From positions 1-64,000 of the IMG/VR virus record IMGVR_UViG_3300019776_000919: DNA of 64,000 nt; one strand, given 5' to 3'. Within the stretch, counting starts at the first letter, position 1, and every line of letters starts with the position of its first letter. Under the pieces are notes generated by a model. The model saw only the letters and a program-made list of their open reading frames with translations, did not search any database and had not been told where the DNA came from. Origin of the DNA: a virus. Both the position numbers and the translations under genes were made by a program. Shown here piece by piece: positions 39,213 to 48,451 of the stretch.

Positions 39213-40211
39213 TCAGCCAATTAACTTACGCAAGAACCTGCGGATAGGTCCGGGACTTTTTTCCTTTTCTGAAACTACAGATGTCACCTGTTGAGCAGCA
39301 GGTTTTTCTTCAAGCGGAGTTTCCACTTTAGGTTCTGCTTTACTTTCCACTTCAGGCTCTTGTCTCAGACCTTTATTGTCGTGTATGTTTCGAGGAGTAG
39401 ATTTTGATTGCATTTCCTCATCGCAATCGTCAATTTCTTTGACTATCTTTTGAAGTTCAGCAATCAATCGAGCGGCCAAGGCCTCTTTCTCTTTAGCACT
39501 CATACCGGCAATAGTTGAGATATTAGGAATGATTTGGTTGGAAACCGTTTCATTCTCTAGCGTCAGCCCCAACCCTAGTTTTTGAAGCGACCCTGCTTTA
39601 TTCAGGATTTCTTTAGCTTTATTGTCAAATTCTTTATTTCCACTATGCATTCCGATAGCAGCTTTAATGGCTTCATCGAGGTTGTCTATTTTGTTTAGAA
39701 TGTCCGTTTCAAGATCGTTGTATTCCGGAAGGACGAGTTTGTATTCAGGAACATACCCTTCGATAGATAACCCTTCATACCGAATTTGAATAGGCAGCTT
39801 CATGGCTCTACGCATGTATTCCAGATTCAAAATGGAATTTAACCTAGAGAATCGAGGACCTAATACTGACAGTGAAGATGTCAATTCGATACCAGACCCA
39901 AAACTGAGGATATCCGTAAATAGGATAAACGTATCTGAAGACAAACTTTTAGGTGCAAAAGTGACAACCTTAGGTTTATCTTTTTGAAAACCCGCATCTG
40001 TATCAAGAGAATCCCGAAGGTTTCTCATTTCTACCATGAGACTGTTAAAAGCATCGATAGCTGCGAGGATGTCTGTAGTAGACATATCTCGAATAACAAA
40101 TCCAACGTTGATATTGCCTTTGGATTTAATGTCACCAACAATGTTTTTAACAAAAGCAGGGACTTCTTTATCCGAAAGAATAGAATCGAGATTTAAATGA
40201 AACTGGTCCAT
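39213..40211 (-). CDS. hypothetical protein
   Basis: 332-aa ORF TAATG-coupled to tmk. Confidence 0.65.
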   Translation of the reverse strand: MDQFHLNLDSILSDKEVPAFVKNIVGDIKSKGNINVGFVIRDMSTTDILAAIDAFNSLMVEMRNLRDSLDTDAGFQKDKPKVVTFAPKSLSSDTFILFTDILSFGSGIELTSSLSVLGPRFSRLNSILNLEYMRRAMKLPIQIRYEGLSIEGYVPEYKLVLPEYNDLETDILNKIDNLDEAIKAAIGMHSGNKEFDNKAKEILNKAGSLQKLGLGLTLENETVSNQIIPNISTIAGMSAKEKEALAARLIAELQKIVKEIDDCDEEMQSKSTPRNIHDNKGLRQEPEVESKAEPKVETPLEEKPAAQQVTSVVSEKEKSPGPIRRFLRKLIG

Positions 40212-40879
40212 TACATTACCTTTTTAAGAAAATCTAAAGTATTTGAAAAAACTTGGGTTCGAGTTTGATTTGCATCAACTACAAAATATGCAGATCTATT
40301 GCTTAAAATTCGTTGCTCATACCTTTCGGCAATATCTGACATGAAGTCCATTGCGTCATCGTCTAGTGCCTCAGAGACTTTATCCCTGAGTTGCAATCTA
40401 GATTCTGCTATACCAACTGCAACGTCTAAATATATTGTCACATCAGGGACAATAATATCCTTATGCTGGCTTTGTACTGCGTTAATGAAATCAGAAGATA
40501 CTCCCATTGCCCCTTGGTATGCCCAAGAAGAATCTGCGTGCCTGTCGGTAAGAACAACAGCGTTATCTTTCCTTGCAAGAACTTTTTGTATCATTAGTAA
40601 GTTTTCAACTCTGGCACCTTCCAGTAAAAGAAATGCTACTCGGGGATCTACTGAAGCTTTTTTCAAAATGCTTCTAACTCCGGTACCTACTTGAGTAGAC
40701 CCTGGCTCAAATAGTGTATATACAAAGTCGCTATTACTACGAAATTGAGTAGCTAATGCAGAAACTAAATCTGATTTACCGCTACCATCAATACCTTCAA
40801 AAGCAATGAACCGAACTTTTTTACCTGCAAAAGATTCGGGTGTGGGGTTAGTTTGTAAAAGTTTACTCATTTGTTTCAA
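40211..40879 (-). CDS. tmk: thymidylate kinase
   Basis: FEGIDGSGKS P-loop, EPG, DRH..SS.AYQG, PD.TIYLDV. Confidence 0.9.
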   Translation of the reverse strand: MKQMSKLLQTNPTPESFAGKKVRFIAFEGIDGSGKSDLVSALATQFRSNSDFVYTLFEPGSTQVGTGVRSILKKASVDPRVAFLLLEGARVENLLMIQKVLARKDNAVVLTDRHADSSWAYQGAMGVSSDFINAVQSQHKDIIVPDVTIYLDVAVGIAESRLQLRDKVSEALDDDAMDFMSDIAERYEQRILSNRSAYFVVDANQTRTQVFSNTLDFLKKVM

Positions 40880-40896
40880 TATTGTTGTGCTTTAAA

Positions 40897-41727
40897 TTAC
40901 AGCATACTAACTAACCACTCTATATCGGCTCGGCCACCTGATGCGTTTCGGTGACCCCCGCCATTAAAATTTTTTGCTACATTGGATACGTCAAAGTTAG
41001 ATTTAGTAGCCTCGCTTCTGAAACTTAATCTAACTACGCCAGACCCGTCAATGTACCAAAGAATTGCGTAATCAATGTCCAATTGCTTGCATAACTCATT
41101 ACCCATTTCTGAAGTTAAATGAGTAGTATTTAATAGGGCAATCTTACTACCACCGTAAGTCATTAGTTTTACATTACCAGATGGTATGACTCGGCCTACC
41201 TCTTTATCTTTATATTGAGAAATTGCTTCCCCACTATTTTTCAGAAAAGAAGATCCTTCCTTGCTTGAAATGGCATCCCATGCCCCCATATCTTCTGGAA
41301 TAACAGAAAGACCTGACAGTACTGCTTTTGTATCAGGTAACTCCCATCGCCAAAGATCACGGTCTTGGATAAATTCTAATAGGGTAGGGGTTGGTACGCC
41401 AGGATGAAAATATTCCCAAGCTAGTACAGCCCCGCTTTTTTCCATGTCGAATGTAGCGTAGGGCTCGTCACTTAAGATTTCTTTTGCAGACTTATGGTGA
41501 TCTAATACTTTCAGTACTTTAGACCTAGAGTACAAATCCCGTAAGAATTCTTTACTATATGAAAAATCTGCAATGTAGACTTCAGATCCTGATTCTATTT
41601 CCGGAGTAGGATCTTTATAATCCGCTGGAATATAAATAGCTTTATCACCGAATTTTTTCCAAGCAGCATACTTAGCCCCTAAACCATCCGTACAAGGATA
41701 GTGGTGAATTACATAAATTTTAGTCAT
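40897..41727 (-). CDS. DHH/DHHA1 phosphoesterase
   Basis: H..C.DG, DF, DHH, DRDLW, SFRS, GGGH..A.G. Confidence 0.88.
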   Translation of the reverse strand: MTKIYVIHHYPCTDGLGAKYAAWKKFGDKAIYIPADYKDPTPEIESGSEVYIADFSYSKEFLRDLYSRSKVLKVLDHHKSAKEILSDEPYATFDMEKSGAVLAWEYFHPGVPTPTLLEFIQDRDLWRWELPDTKAVLSGLSVIPEDMGAWDAISSKEGSSFLKNSGEAISQYKDKEVGRVIPSGNVKLMTYGGSKIALLNTTHLTSEMGNELCKQLDIDYAILWYIDGSGVVRLSFRSEATKSNFDVSNVAKNFNGGGHRNASGGRADIEWLVSML

Positions 41728-41794
41728 TAGTGATTTGAACTTGGATTTGAATTGTAAATTGATAACCTAAAGAAAAAGGGTTTCTTTTTCCTTC

Positions 41795-42390
41795 GTTGAC
41801 TGAATTGGATTCAATCTTATCATTCCTGATAAGATTGAAGACATCTCTGATAGATATCTTTGTTTATGTGGGGGTCGTGTTGGGTTTTATCGGGGTTTTA
41901 ATCCCCTGCACCGACAGCCTCACTAAGGACATACAGTTACTGTACATCTGAGCTACATCTTACTACCCTATTAACCAATGTAATTGGTAGTCTTTTGCCG
42001 CTATTTACTCAACGTGAAACGCCGTTATACTCCGGCTGAGTTTAAGAGAACGTTAACTCTGCACACCTCACGAGATCTGAGTACCAGGTGTTAATGGTCC
42101 AGCTGCATGCAGGATCCATGGAGGAGTGACTCTTGACCAAGTCATGCAATGACTAGGTCAGTTGGTTTCGAATAATGTATACACTATTCCTGACAGCATA
42201 TTCTTACACAATAAGATAGTTTTCGGCCTACCCTACTCTGTAAACATACACTTATCGAATACTTAACGTCTGGGTAAAGATTGAGCTTAATGAAACCATT
42301 TTCCCCGTTTCTATGAAAACTTCAGGGGGAAAAGACTATTATCGAGCAGTGACTGCTCAAAGCTTTTAATGCTACCAAAATCTTTACAAA
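41795..42390 (-). ncRNA. large structured non-coding RNA candidate
   Basis: No ORF of 60 aa or more; dense hairpins (13-bp 41810-41839, 12-bp 42134-42160) and long-range complementarities; strand inferred from context. Confidence 0.55.
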
Positions 42391-42394
42391 AAAA

Positions 42395-42587
42395 GGATAA
42401 ACTTATCCACTGGGTATGAGGTGCTCTTCTTATTTATATAAAACTTATTAAATGTTCTATATAAGTTTTAAAAGAGACCACGTCGTAGATGTCCAATCCA
42501 GTGGCCAGTTCTTCGGTAGCCCAAGCTACCGAAAACAGCTTTGAAGATAGTTACGTTATCTTCATGCTTTTCAGCAATACTTTATCC
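42395..42587 (-). ncRNA. structured RNA unit A (retron msr-msd-like)
   Basis: Terminal IR GGATAAA/TTTATCC, G directly after the 5' arm, three short stems, long hairpin. Confidence 0.55.
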
Positions 42588-42602
42588 GACTCAAATTAAT
42601 GA

Positions 42603-42832
42603 GTATTTCAAATCAAACAATACACTATATTTATTCATTATTTCTACTGCAGCTCTCTTTAGAACCGGTTAGTACTACTGGAGAAGACCTTATGTCGACA
42701 TATGTCGAGATCGATGTCCGCCGGGTAGTGCGTCAGTAGTCCTTGGCTAACAAAGTTAGCCAAAAGAGCTTTGAAGATAGTTACTCATCTTCCGCCGTTT
42801 GGCGTACTATATTTATATTTGATTTGAAATAC
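42603..42832 (-). ncRNA. structured RNA unit B (paralog of unit A)
   Basis: 15-bp terminal IR, same stem order, identical 18-mer AGCTTTGAAGATAGTTAC and GATGTCC, compensatory stem changes. Confidence 0.6.
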
Positions 42833-42875
42833 AACCTAGGGTTTAACTAGGTTGTTTACAGCACTTTAAGTCTGT

Positions 42876-43079
42876 TTAGTCAGCTAAAGCAAATTCTTCG
42901 ATTGCTGCCATTTGCGCAGGACTTCGACTCTTCCAGCTTTTTGGCCAGTTATCAGGAGTCGGGGAATCTAAAGTTTCGATACTATCGCTATCTCGAAATG
43001 CAAGGTATGCGCCTTGATTATCTTTAATAATTGCGAAACCCTCATCTGGGTATTCGATAACTTGTTGCGTCATGCACAT
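42876..43079 (-). CDS. small hypothetical protein
   Basis: 67-aa ORF downstream of tRNA-Arg. Confidence 0.55.
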   Translation of the reverse strand: MCMTQQVIEYPDEGFAIIKDNQGAYLAFRDSDSIETLDSPTPDNWPKSWKSRSPAQMAAIEEFALAD

Positions 43080-43117
43080 GATGGTCTTTCAACGGTTAGA
43101 ATACTGCTAGGGAAAGA

Positions 43118-43194
43118 TGGCGTGTCCAGAGGGATTCGAACCCCCGACCTACTGCTTAGAAGGCAGTTGCTCTTTCCAGCTGAGCTATGGACAC
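43118..43194 (-). tRNA. tRNA-Arg(TCT)
   Basis: GTGTCCA acceptor stem, TAGCTCAG D-arm, loop CTTCTAA, GGTTCGAATCC, encoded CCA. Confidence 0.95.
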
Positions 43195-43197
43195 TTA

Positions 43198-43434
43198 TTA
43201 CTTCAGGATTTCAAAGTCCATTCGATGAGTGTAAATATCATCAGCTTGGACACCGACGCTCTTAGCAATAAGTCTAACAGTTTTGAATGACGGGGAATAA
43301 TCCGCATTCGTGCTAGACGCATGGCTAAGAACTCGGCTGACAGTCGTTCTGCTCAAACCAACGTATTCAGCCAACTGTGCGTTGTTGAAGTTACCTTGAT
43401 TCTTAAGTTTACGAAGATTTTCAGCGAGTCTCAT
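43198..43434 (-). CDS. XRE-family HTH regulator
   Basis: NLRKL......N.QLAE..GLSR.TVSR...PS..T...IA...GV. Confidence 0.85.
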   Translation of the reverse strand: MRLAENLRKLKNQGNFNNAQLAEYVGLSRTTVSRVLSHASSTNADYSPSFKTVRLIAKSVGVQADDIYTHRMDFEILK

Positions 43435-43490
43435 TTGTTTTCTATTTTGGTTAAGTTAAGAAATAAACCTATACATGGTTCTGTACTTTT

Positions 43491-43519
43491 CTTATACCAA
43501 AGAATAGAAAAAAATTGAA
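43491..43519 (-). promoter_or_regulatory. phage promoter for XRE-tRNA-ncRNA unit
   Basis: TTCAAT-N17-TATAAG (TGGTATAAGAAAAGTAC). Confidence 0.75.
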
Positions 43520-43903
43520 TCAATGAGCCCTGACTACAGCAGGTTTCTTGATATACTTCAGCTCAATGACTCGGTTCTTATTTCTCATTTCAGATAGCAT
43601 CTCTTTTATTTCACCGGGTAGATTCTTATCAGAAAACCCGGCAGGGATTACTAAAAGGTCTCTATTAGAATTAAACTGAGACTCACCCATTCTAGGGCTG
43701 TGAGATACATACTTGTGGTTAAATACTTTTTTCAATTCTAATTCTTCTTCGGATACCAACGGAGTATCAACTTTTATTTCAACGATTTCTTTATTTCCTA
43801 ATTCTTGCTTTTGCGCTTTCTTTTGCGTTTGCAGCATCGTTGAAAATAAAGGGTAAAGATGCAAGGCAACAAGCGTCCGCCTCATGATCAGTTTTAAATT
43901 CAT
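43520..43903 (-). CDS. hypothetical protein
   Basis: ORF after ruvC; true start probably downstream of 43903. Confidence 0.5.
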   Translation of the reverse strand: MNLKLIMRRTLVALHLYPLFSTMLQTQKKAQKQELGNKEIVEIKVDTPLVSEEELELKKVFNHKYVSHSPRMGESQFNSNRDLLVIPAGFSDKNLPGEIKEMLSEMRNKNRVIELKYIKKPAVVRAH

Positions 43904-44375
43904 ATGAATTATCTGTTATATGTTTTGCCAAAGCTACGCTGAATTTCTTATCGAAAGACGGCGATGGGTTACTAAATCCTGTATGTTGATTGCATATCTG
44001 AGATATTTTGATTTTCCAATCAATAGCTCTGATCATCTTTGGATACACACTTGAATCAGTACAAGCATTATACCCTAGAAATCGTGCTCTAATCATGCCT
44101 ATCAACATGGTTATGTTTTCAGTCTCTGAACTGAATACATTGTTGTATGGCACATATCTTTCTATAGTGATGAACTTTATCTCGAATTGAGAAGTATCAC
44201 TGATCATGGAATTGATTATGATTGGAAGTTCTTCTATAAAACCATAATCGTTTTTAGAAGGATTAAATACCCCAGATGCAATTACTTTTACTTTAAAAGG
44301 CTGTACTTTTTGAACTATGGAAAGTCCTAGGTTTACCCACCCAGGATCTATTCCTATTGAGATTTCTGTTTTCAT
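43791..44375 (-). CDS. ruvC: RuvC-like Holliday junction resolvase
   Basis: IGIDPG..NLG, IE, DH.ADA. Confidence 0.85.
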   Translation of the reverse strand: MKTEISIGIDPGWVNLGLSIVQKVQPFKVKVIASGVFNPSKNDYGFIEELPIIINSMISDTSQFEIKFITIERYVPYNNVFSSETENITMLIGMIRARFLGYNACTDSSVYPKMIRAIDWKIKISQICNQHTGFSNPSPSFDKKFSVALAKHITDNSYEFKTDHEADACCLASLPFIFNDAANAKESAKARIRK

Positions 44376-44686
44376 TATTCCGATTTAACAATAGAAGATC
44401 CGGATGTTATAGTACCGGTACCACCTTCTATTACGATAACTGCATCTCCTTGCCTAGCTATAGTTTTACCACCTGCACCTTTAAGCACTCCGCTACCCCC
44501 GGTTACTTTAAAATGATGACCACAATTAGTATTACCAGTATCGTTTACTGCTACCGCATCTTGACCATCAACTTTAAACCCGCCTGACCCGGACGTAAAT
44601 ACTCCTGTCCAGGCCCTGGGCGAACCGTGGGCAGTACAAGTACCGGCAACAGTATCTCCGACCCTTGCTATGCCCATTTGAGCCAT
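44375..44686 (-). CDS. PAAR-domain spike tip protein
   Basis: ARVGD...C..H, VDG..A...D...CGH, IARQGD, I..GS; TAATG coupling gives start 44686. Confidence 0.85.
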   Translation of the reverse strand: MAQMGIARVGDTVAGTCTAHGSPRAWTGVFTSGSGGFKVDGQDAVAVNDTGNTNCGHHFKVTGGSGVLKGAGGKTIARQGDAVIVIEGGTGTITSGSSIVKSE

Positions 44687-45639
44687 TAATAAACCCATTC
44701 CCCAGACATTGAGTTCTTTGAGTACTGAACGGAAGTAGCTTCGAAGAAATTAGCAAAAGTATTGGATGTGATTAGGTCAATCCAAGGGAGAGGGTTTTCT
44801 TTGATTCCGAATTGTGGTTTCAATCCCATTTGCTGCATTCTATAATCACAGACGTAACGTACGTACGCCTTTACACTTTCTTCAGTTGCGTTGTTATTCT
44901 TACCAACTTTATAAGTAAGAGTAATGAATTCATCCTCTAGTGCAACGACTTTTCTGGCAGTCTCGTAGATTATCGCTTTAAAGTGATTATTGATAACCGA
45001 AGGATTTTCTTCCAAATAGAGATTAAACAAAGTAGTTAAACCGTTTACATGAACAGATTCGTCCCCGATGCTCCATTGATTACCACTTACCGTACCTGGT
45101 AATTTACCCTCTTGACTGAAAGAAAGCAGCATAGCAAACATGCCGAATAGGTTAACCCCTTCCATTAAGACTTGTTTTGCCAAATACAAAGCAATTTCAG
45201 AAGGGTTACCTAGCGGAGATTCTTCAATCATGAAATCATGCTTATCCTTCATTTCCTTAAAAGACAAAAACTCTGACATGAAAGCTTCGCTATCGTAACC
45301 TAACGTATCGTTAAGTCTCTTATACGCTTTCATATGTGTAGTTTCTCTTGCTGCAAAACTTAGCAGCATGATTCTTGCATCGGCATTCTTGAAAATAGGG
45401 AGCAGCCTATTTACGTAAGATGCACACACATCGGTATCGGATTGAGTAAACAATCGAAGAATGTTTTTTATGAACGCTTTTTCCTCTTCGGAAATAGTAC
45501 CATTCTTCCATTGCTCGCAATCTATTCTCATGTCCATTTCTTCAGGAATCCAATGACCGCGTTCATGTTCATCAGTGATTTCTTGAAGCTTCAAATACTT
45601 CGGTACAAAAATTTCATTAGTTTCAGTTAAATTTGACAT
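44686..45639 (-). CDS. nrdB: class Ia ribonucleotide reductase beta subunit
   Basis: HW.PEE, F.Q.D..V, RE..H..AY, EGV.LF..F, DES.H, NFFE. Confidence 0.95.
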   Translation of the reverse strand: MSNLTETNEIFVPKYLKLQEITDEHERGHWIPEEMDMRIDCEQWKNGTISEEEKAFIKNILRLFTQSDTDVCASYVNRLLPIFKNADARIMLLSFAARETTHMKAYKRLNDTLGYDSEAFMSEFLSFKEMKDKHDFMIEESPLGNPSEIALYLAKQVLMEGVNLFGMFAMLLSFSQEGKLPGTVSGNQWSIGDESVHVNGLTTLFNLYLEENPSVINNHFKAIIYETARKVVALEDEFITLTYKVGKNNNATEESVKAYVRYVCDYRMQQMGLKPQFGIKENPLPWIDLITSNTFANFFEATSVQYSKNSMSGEWVY

Positions 45640-45642
45640 TTA

Positions 45643-47484
45643 TTATCCCTGGCAAGCAACGCAGTCAGCACCTTGAGTTGACCAATCAACTAAAGCTTTT
45701 CTTTCAATATTTTTAACAGTATCAATTTTGCTTTCACGTTCTGTACGGAAGTAATACAACGTAAGAACGTTTTCCGATTTCAAGAATTTCAAATGAACAC
45801 TATTAATATATTCTCTTGACATACCTGCAGTAAAGAACAGGTTTAGAGATTGAGCTTGAGAAATATATCCACCTCTTTGATCGGCTAATTCAATCAGCCA
45901 ATGTTGATCAATTTCATTGGCGCATTTAAATACTGCCTTTTCAATATCATTTAGTTCCGGTAAATGCTGAACAGAGCCGTTATGCTCTAGAATACTATTC
46001 CAAGTTGTTTTGTTATTAATACCTTTATGTTCCAGCAAGGCTTCTAGGTAGCGATTTTTCATAACAAAAGAACCAGCTCTAGTATCTTTAACAAAAATGT
46101 TTCTATACCACGGTTCAATAGAAGGAGATGTATTTGCTAAATCCGCAGAATTAGCGTTAGGGGCAATAGCAGTAAGTCTACTATTTCTCAACCCAGTACC
46201 TAACATATCTGGAGCTTCCCCACGTTCCAAAGCTAGTTTTTTACTTTCTTCAACTGCCCTAGAACTTATCAATCCGAATACTTGATGGGTTAATTGAACT
46301 GCAGAATTAAACCCTCCGCTTTCAAACGGGATCATTTTACTTTGAAGTAAACTATGCCATCCAAATGTACCTAAACCCAATGCTCTTTCACGTTCAGCAG
46401 AAAATTTAGCTTTTGCCAGACTAGCAGGCACATTGTCGATAAAGTATTGCAAAACATTGTCTAGGAATCGAATTAAATCTTGAACAATAGTCGTGTCTTT
46501 CCACTCTTCAAACTTTTCCAAATTTAAAGAAGAAAGGCAACATACGAAGGTTCTAAATTCATCCGTAGGTAAAGTAATTTCTGAACACAGGTTTGACCCT
46601 TTAACTTTTAAACCTAGCTTTTTCTGGGACTCTGGCATTTTTCTATTTGCCAAGTCAATTTTAAGCATAAAAGGCTCACCGGTCAACGCCCTGGTGTCAA
46701 GCATATCTTCCCAAATTGCCCTAGCACTGATGGTATCAAAAATTTTACCTGAATGAGGGCACTTTAACGCTATCTGTTTATTGGTGAGTACAGCATCAAT
46801 AAATTCATCGTTTAGGTTAACTGCACTGTGAAATTGTTGACGATTATCTGACCGGCGTTTGGCATCTCCACCAGGAACCCTAAAACGAATATGTTCCAAA
46901 ATGTCTGGATGATTGACATCCATGTAAACCGCTATGGCACCTCTACGACTACCACTTTGTTTAAAGTAGCCTATAGACGAATCAATTACCTTGAGGTAGG
47001 GTATGGGTCCAGGAGCTTTTTTAGACGTGCCACGGATCGAATTATGGGCTCCCATGCCTCCTCCTGCCATACTCAGAGTTGCCAATTCTTGAATAAAGTC
47101 AACTTGACCTTTTGCGCTATCAGGGATTTCTGCTGCGAAGCAAGAAATAGGCAAGCCTGTAATCTTTTCTTCCGGAAGAAAAAAAGAATTGTACCAGTAG
47201 TGAGCACCGGTTTTTCCAGGATCCTTAACCCATTTACCCTTCGCTGCATTCGAGAGTACTGGACTTGCATACATGAACCAATTATTGTATGCATAATCGT
47301 AGATACGTTGGGCTAGCTCATAATCCCCGTAGCAAAAAGTAGTAGCTGGGCGGGCAAGAGCTTGAGGAATAGTCTCCCCTTCTCTTATATAGTGACCTTC
47401 TAATAGGGTCTTTGAGAAATCATTAACATAGTCTGGGTTTTTTCTATCTATTTGAATTCCGAGATACGAGTATTTATTGGACAT
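45643..47484 (-). CDS. nrdA: ribonucleotide reductase alpha subunit (no ATP cone)
   Basis: SP.L.N, ISCF, SNLCSEI, VCCLSS, AIAPNANS, SQAQSLN, LYY.R, C-terminal CxxC. Confidence 0.95.
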   Translation of the reverse strand: MSNKYSYLGIQIDRKNPDYVNDFSKTLLEGHYIREGETIPQALARPATTFCYGDYELAQRIYDYAYNNWFMYASPVLSNAAKGKWVKDPGKTGAHYWYNSFFLPEEKITGLPISCFAAEIPDSAKGQVDFIQELATLSMAGGGMGAHNSIRGTSKKAPGPIPYLKVIDSSIGYFKQSGSRRGAIAVYMDVNHPDILEHIRFRVPGGDAKRRSDNRQQFHSAVNLNDEFIDAVLTNKQIALKCPHSGKIFDTISARAIWEDMLDTRALTGEPFMLKIDLANRKMPESQKKLGLKVKGSNLCSEITLPTDEFRTFVCCLSSLNLEKFEEWKDTTIVQDLIRFLDNVLQYFIDNVPASLAKAKFSAERERALGLGTFGWHSLLQSKMIPFESGGFNSAVQLTHQVFGLISSRAVEESKKLALERGEAPDMLGTGLRNSRLTAIAPNANSADLANTSPSIEPWYRNIFVKDTRAGSFVMKNRYLEALLEHKGINNKTTWNSILEHNGSVQHLPELNDIEKAVFKCANEIDQHWLIELADQRGGYISQAQSLNLFFTAGMSREYINSVHLKFLKSENVLTLYYFRTERESKIDTVKNIERKALVDWSTQGADCVACQG

Positions 47485-47561
47485 TTATTATTTAAGAGTT
47501 TTAATTGTAATTTTTGTTGACTAAAAAAAACTAGAGACCTAATGGTAGGTCTCGTATTTTT

Positions 47562-47590
47562 CTTATACCAGGAAAAGTATTTTATCTGAA
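47562..47590 (-). promoter_or_regulatory. phage promoter upstream of nrdA
   Basis: TTCAGA-N17-TATAAG. Confidence 0.6.
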
Positions 47591-47592
47591 AA

Positions 47593-47952
47593 TTAACCGG
47601 TAGAAGCGTTATTTTCAGAAGAATTTTTTTCACCAGTTTGACCCTCAGTATTTTCTAGGGTTTCGTCACTGGGATTCATTTTTGATAACAATGTTATCAA
47701 GATGGCTATTGCTGTAACTACATTTTCAGATGGAATACCAGGATTCCAATGTTTGTTATCCGCAGGCCACCATACAGGAGTACCCTCTAAGCTTACCCCT
47801 TTCTCTAAAGAATAGGCTGAGTGGATTGCATAGCAAGCCGCCGCCGCACATTCTGAGCCGAAAGTCTTAGGGTCAGATTTTAATAAAACCCCTTCTTTTT
47901 CTAGTCGAGAAATTTCAGCGGTGATTTGTTGTTGGATTTTTTCAAAACTCAT
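47593..47952 (-). CDS. hypothetical phage protein
   Basis: AAACYA...WWP.....W.P motif; coupled ORF. Confidence 0.6.
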   Translation of the reverse strand: MSFEKIQQQITAEISRLEKEGVLLKSDPKTFGSECAAAACYAIHSAYSLEKGVSLEGTPVWWPADNKHWNPGIPSENVVTAIAILITLLSKMNPSDETLENTEGQTGEKNSSENNASTG

Positions 47953-48449
47953 GATTTACTAGAGCCAGCGCTTAGTCCAGAAGTAAGTTGTTTTGTAAGA
48001 GAATCCATAGTTTTAGATAAATGTTGCTTTAAAACTTCGTTAGTTTTCTCAGTGAAAATCTTCTGAATCATCGAATCAATCCTCATACCGATTCGAGTTT
48101 CAATCAATTTCTGAGTATCTTCTTTATTCAGAATATCTGTAACTGCAGAACTCACGGTTTCTTGTATTTTTTTCTCTAAGTCCCTTTTAAATTCCGGCTT
48201 TAATTTATACGTTTCATATTTACCGTATCCGCTAGTACTCACAAATTTAGAATTGACTTCAGAAACCGTTTGGTTAATCTGAGATTTGATATCAAAATCC
48301 GCTTTTATTAGGGACGAGGAAGCTTCTTTATAAATAAACCTTTTGGTTATTTCTTCAATGACACATTGCTGAAGTTGCAAACGTACTTCTGACCCTGCGG
48401 GGAATAGTGTTTTTACCGCTGAACCATCTAGCTTTAATTCAATTGACAT
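47949..48449 (-). CDS. hypothetical coiled-coil protein
   Basis: Start at MSIELK preferred, avoiding overlap. Confidence 0.6.
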   Translation of the reverse strand: MSIELKLDGSAVKTLFPAGSEVRLQLQQCVIEEITKRFIYKEASSSLIKADFDIKSQINQTVSEVNSKFVSTSGYGKYETYKLKPEFKRDLEKKIQETVSSAVTDILNKEDTQKLIETRIGMRIDSMIQKIFTEKTNEVLKQHLSKTMDSLTKQLTSGLSAGSSKS

Positions 48450-48451
48450 TT

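Noticed and set aside
42395-42832. CRISPR array
   Set aside because: Only two copies of an 18-mer 230 nt apart, no cas genes; conservation is structural
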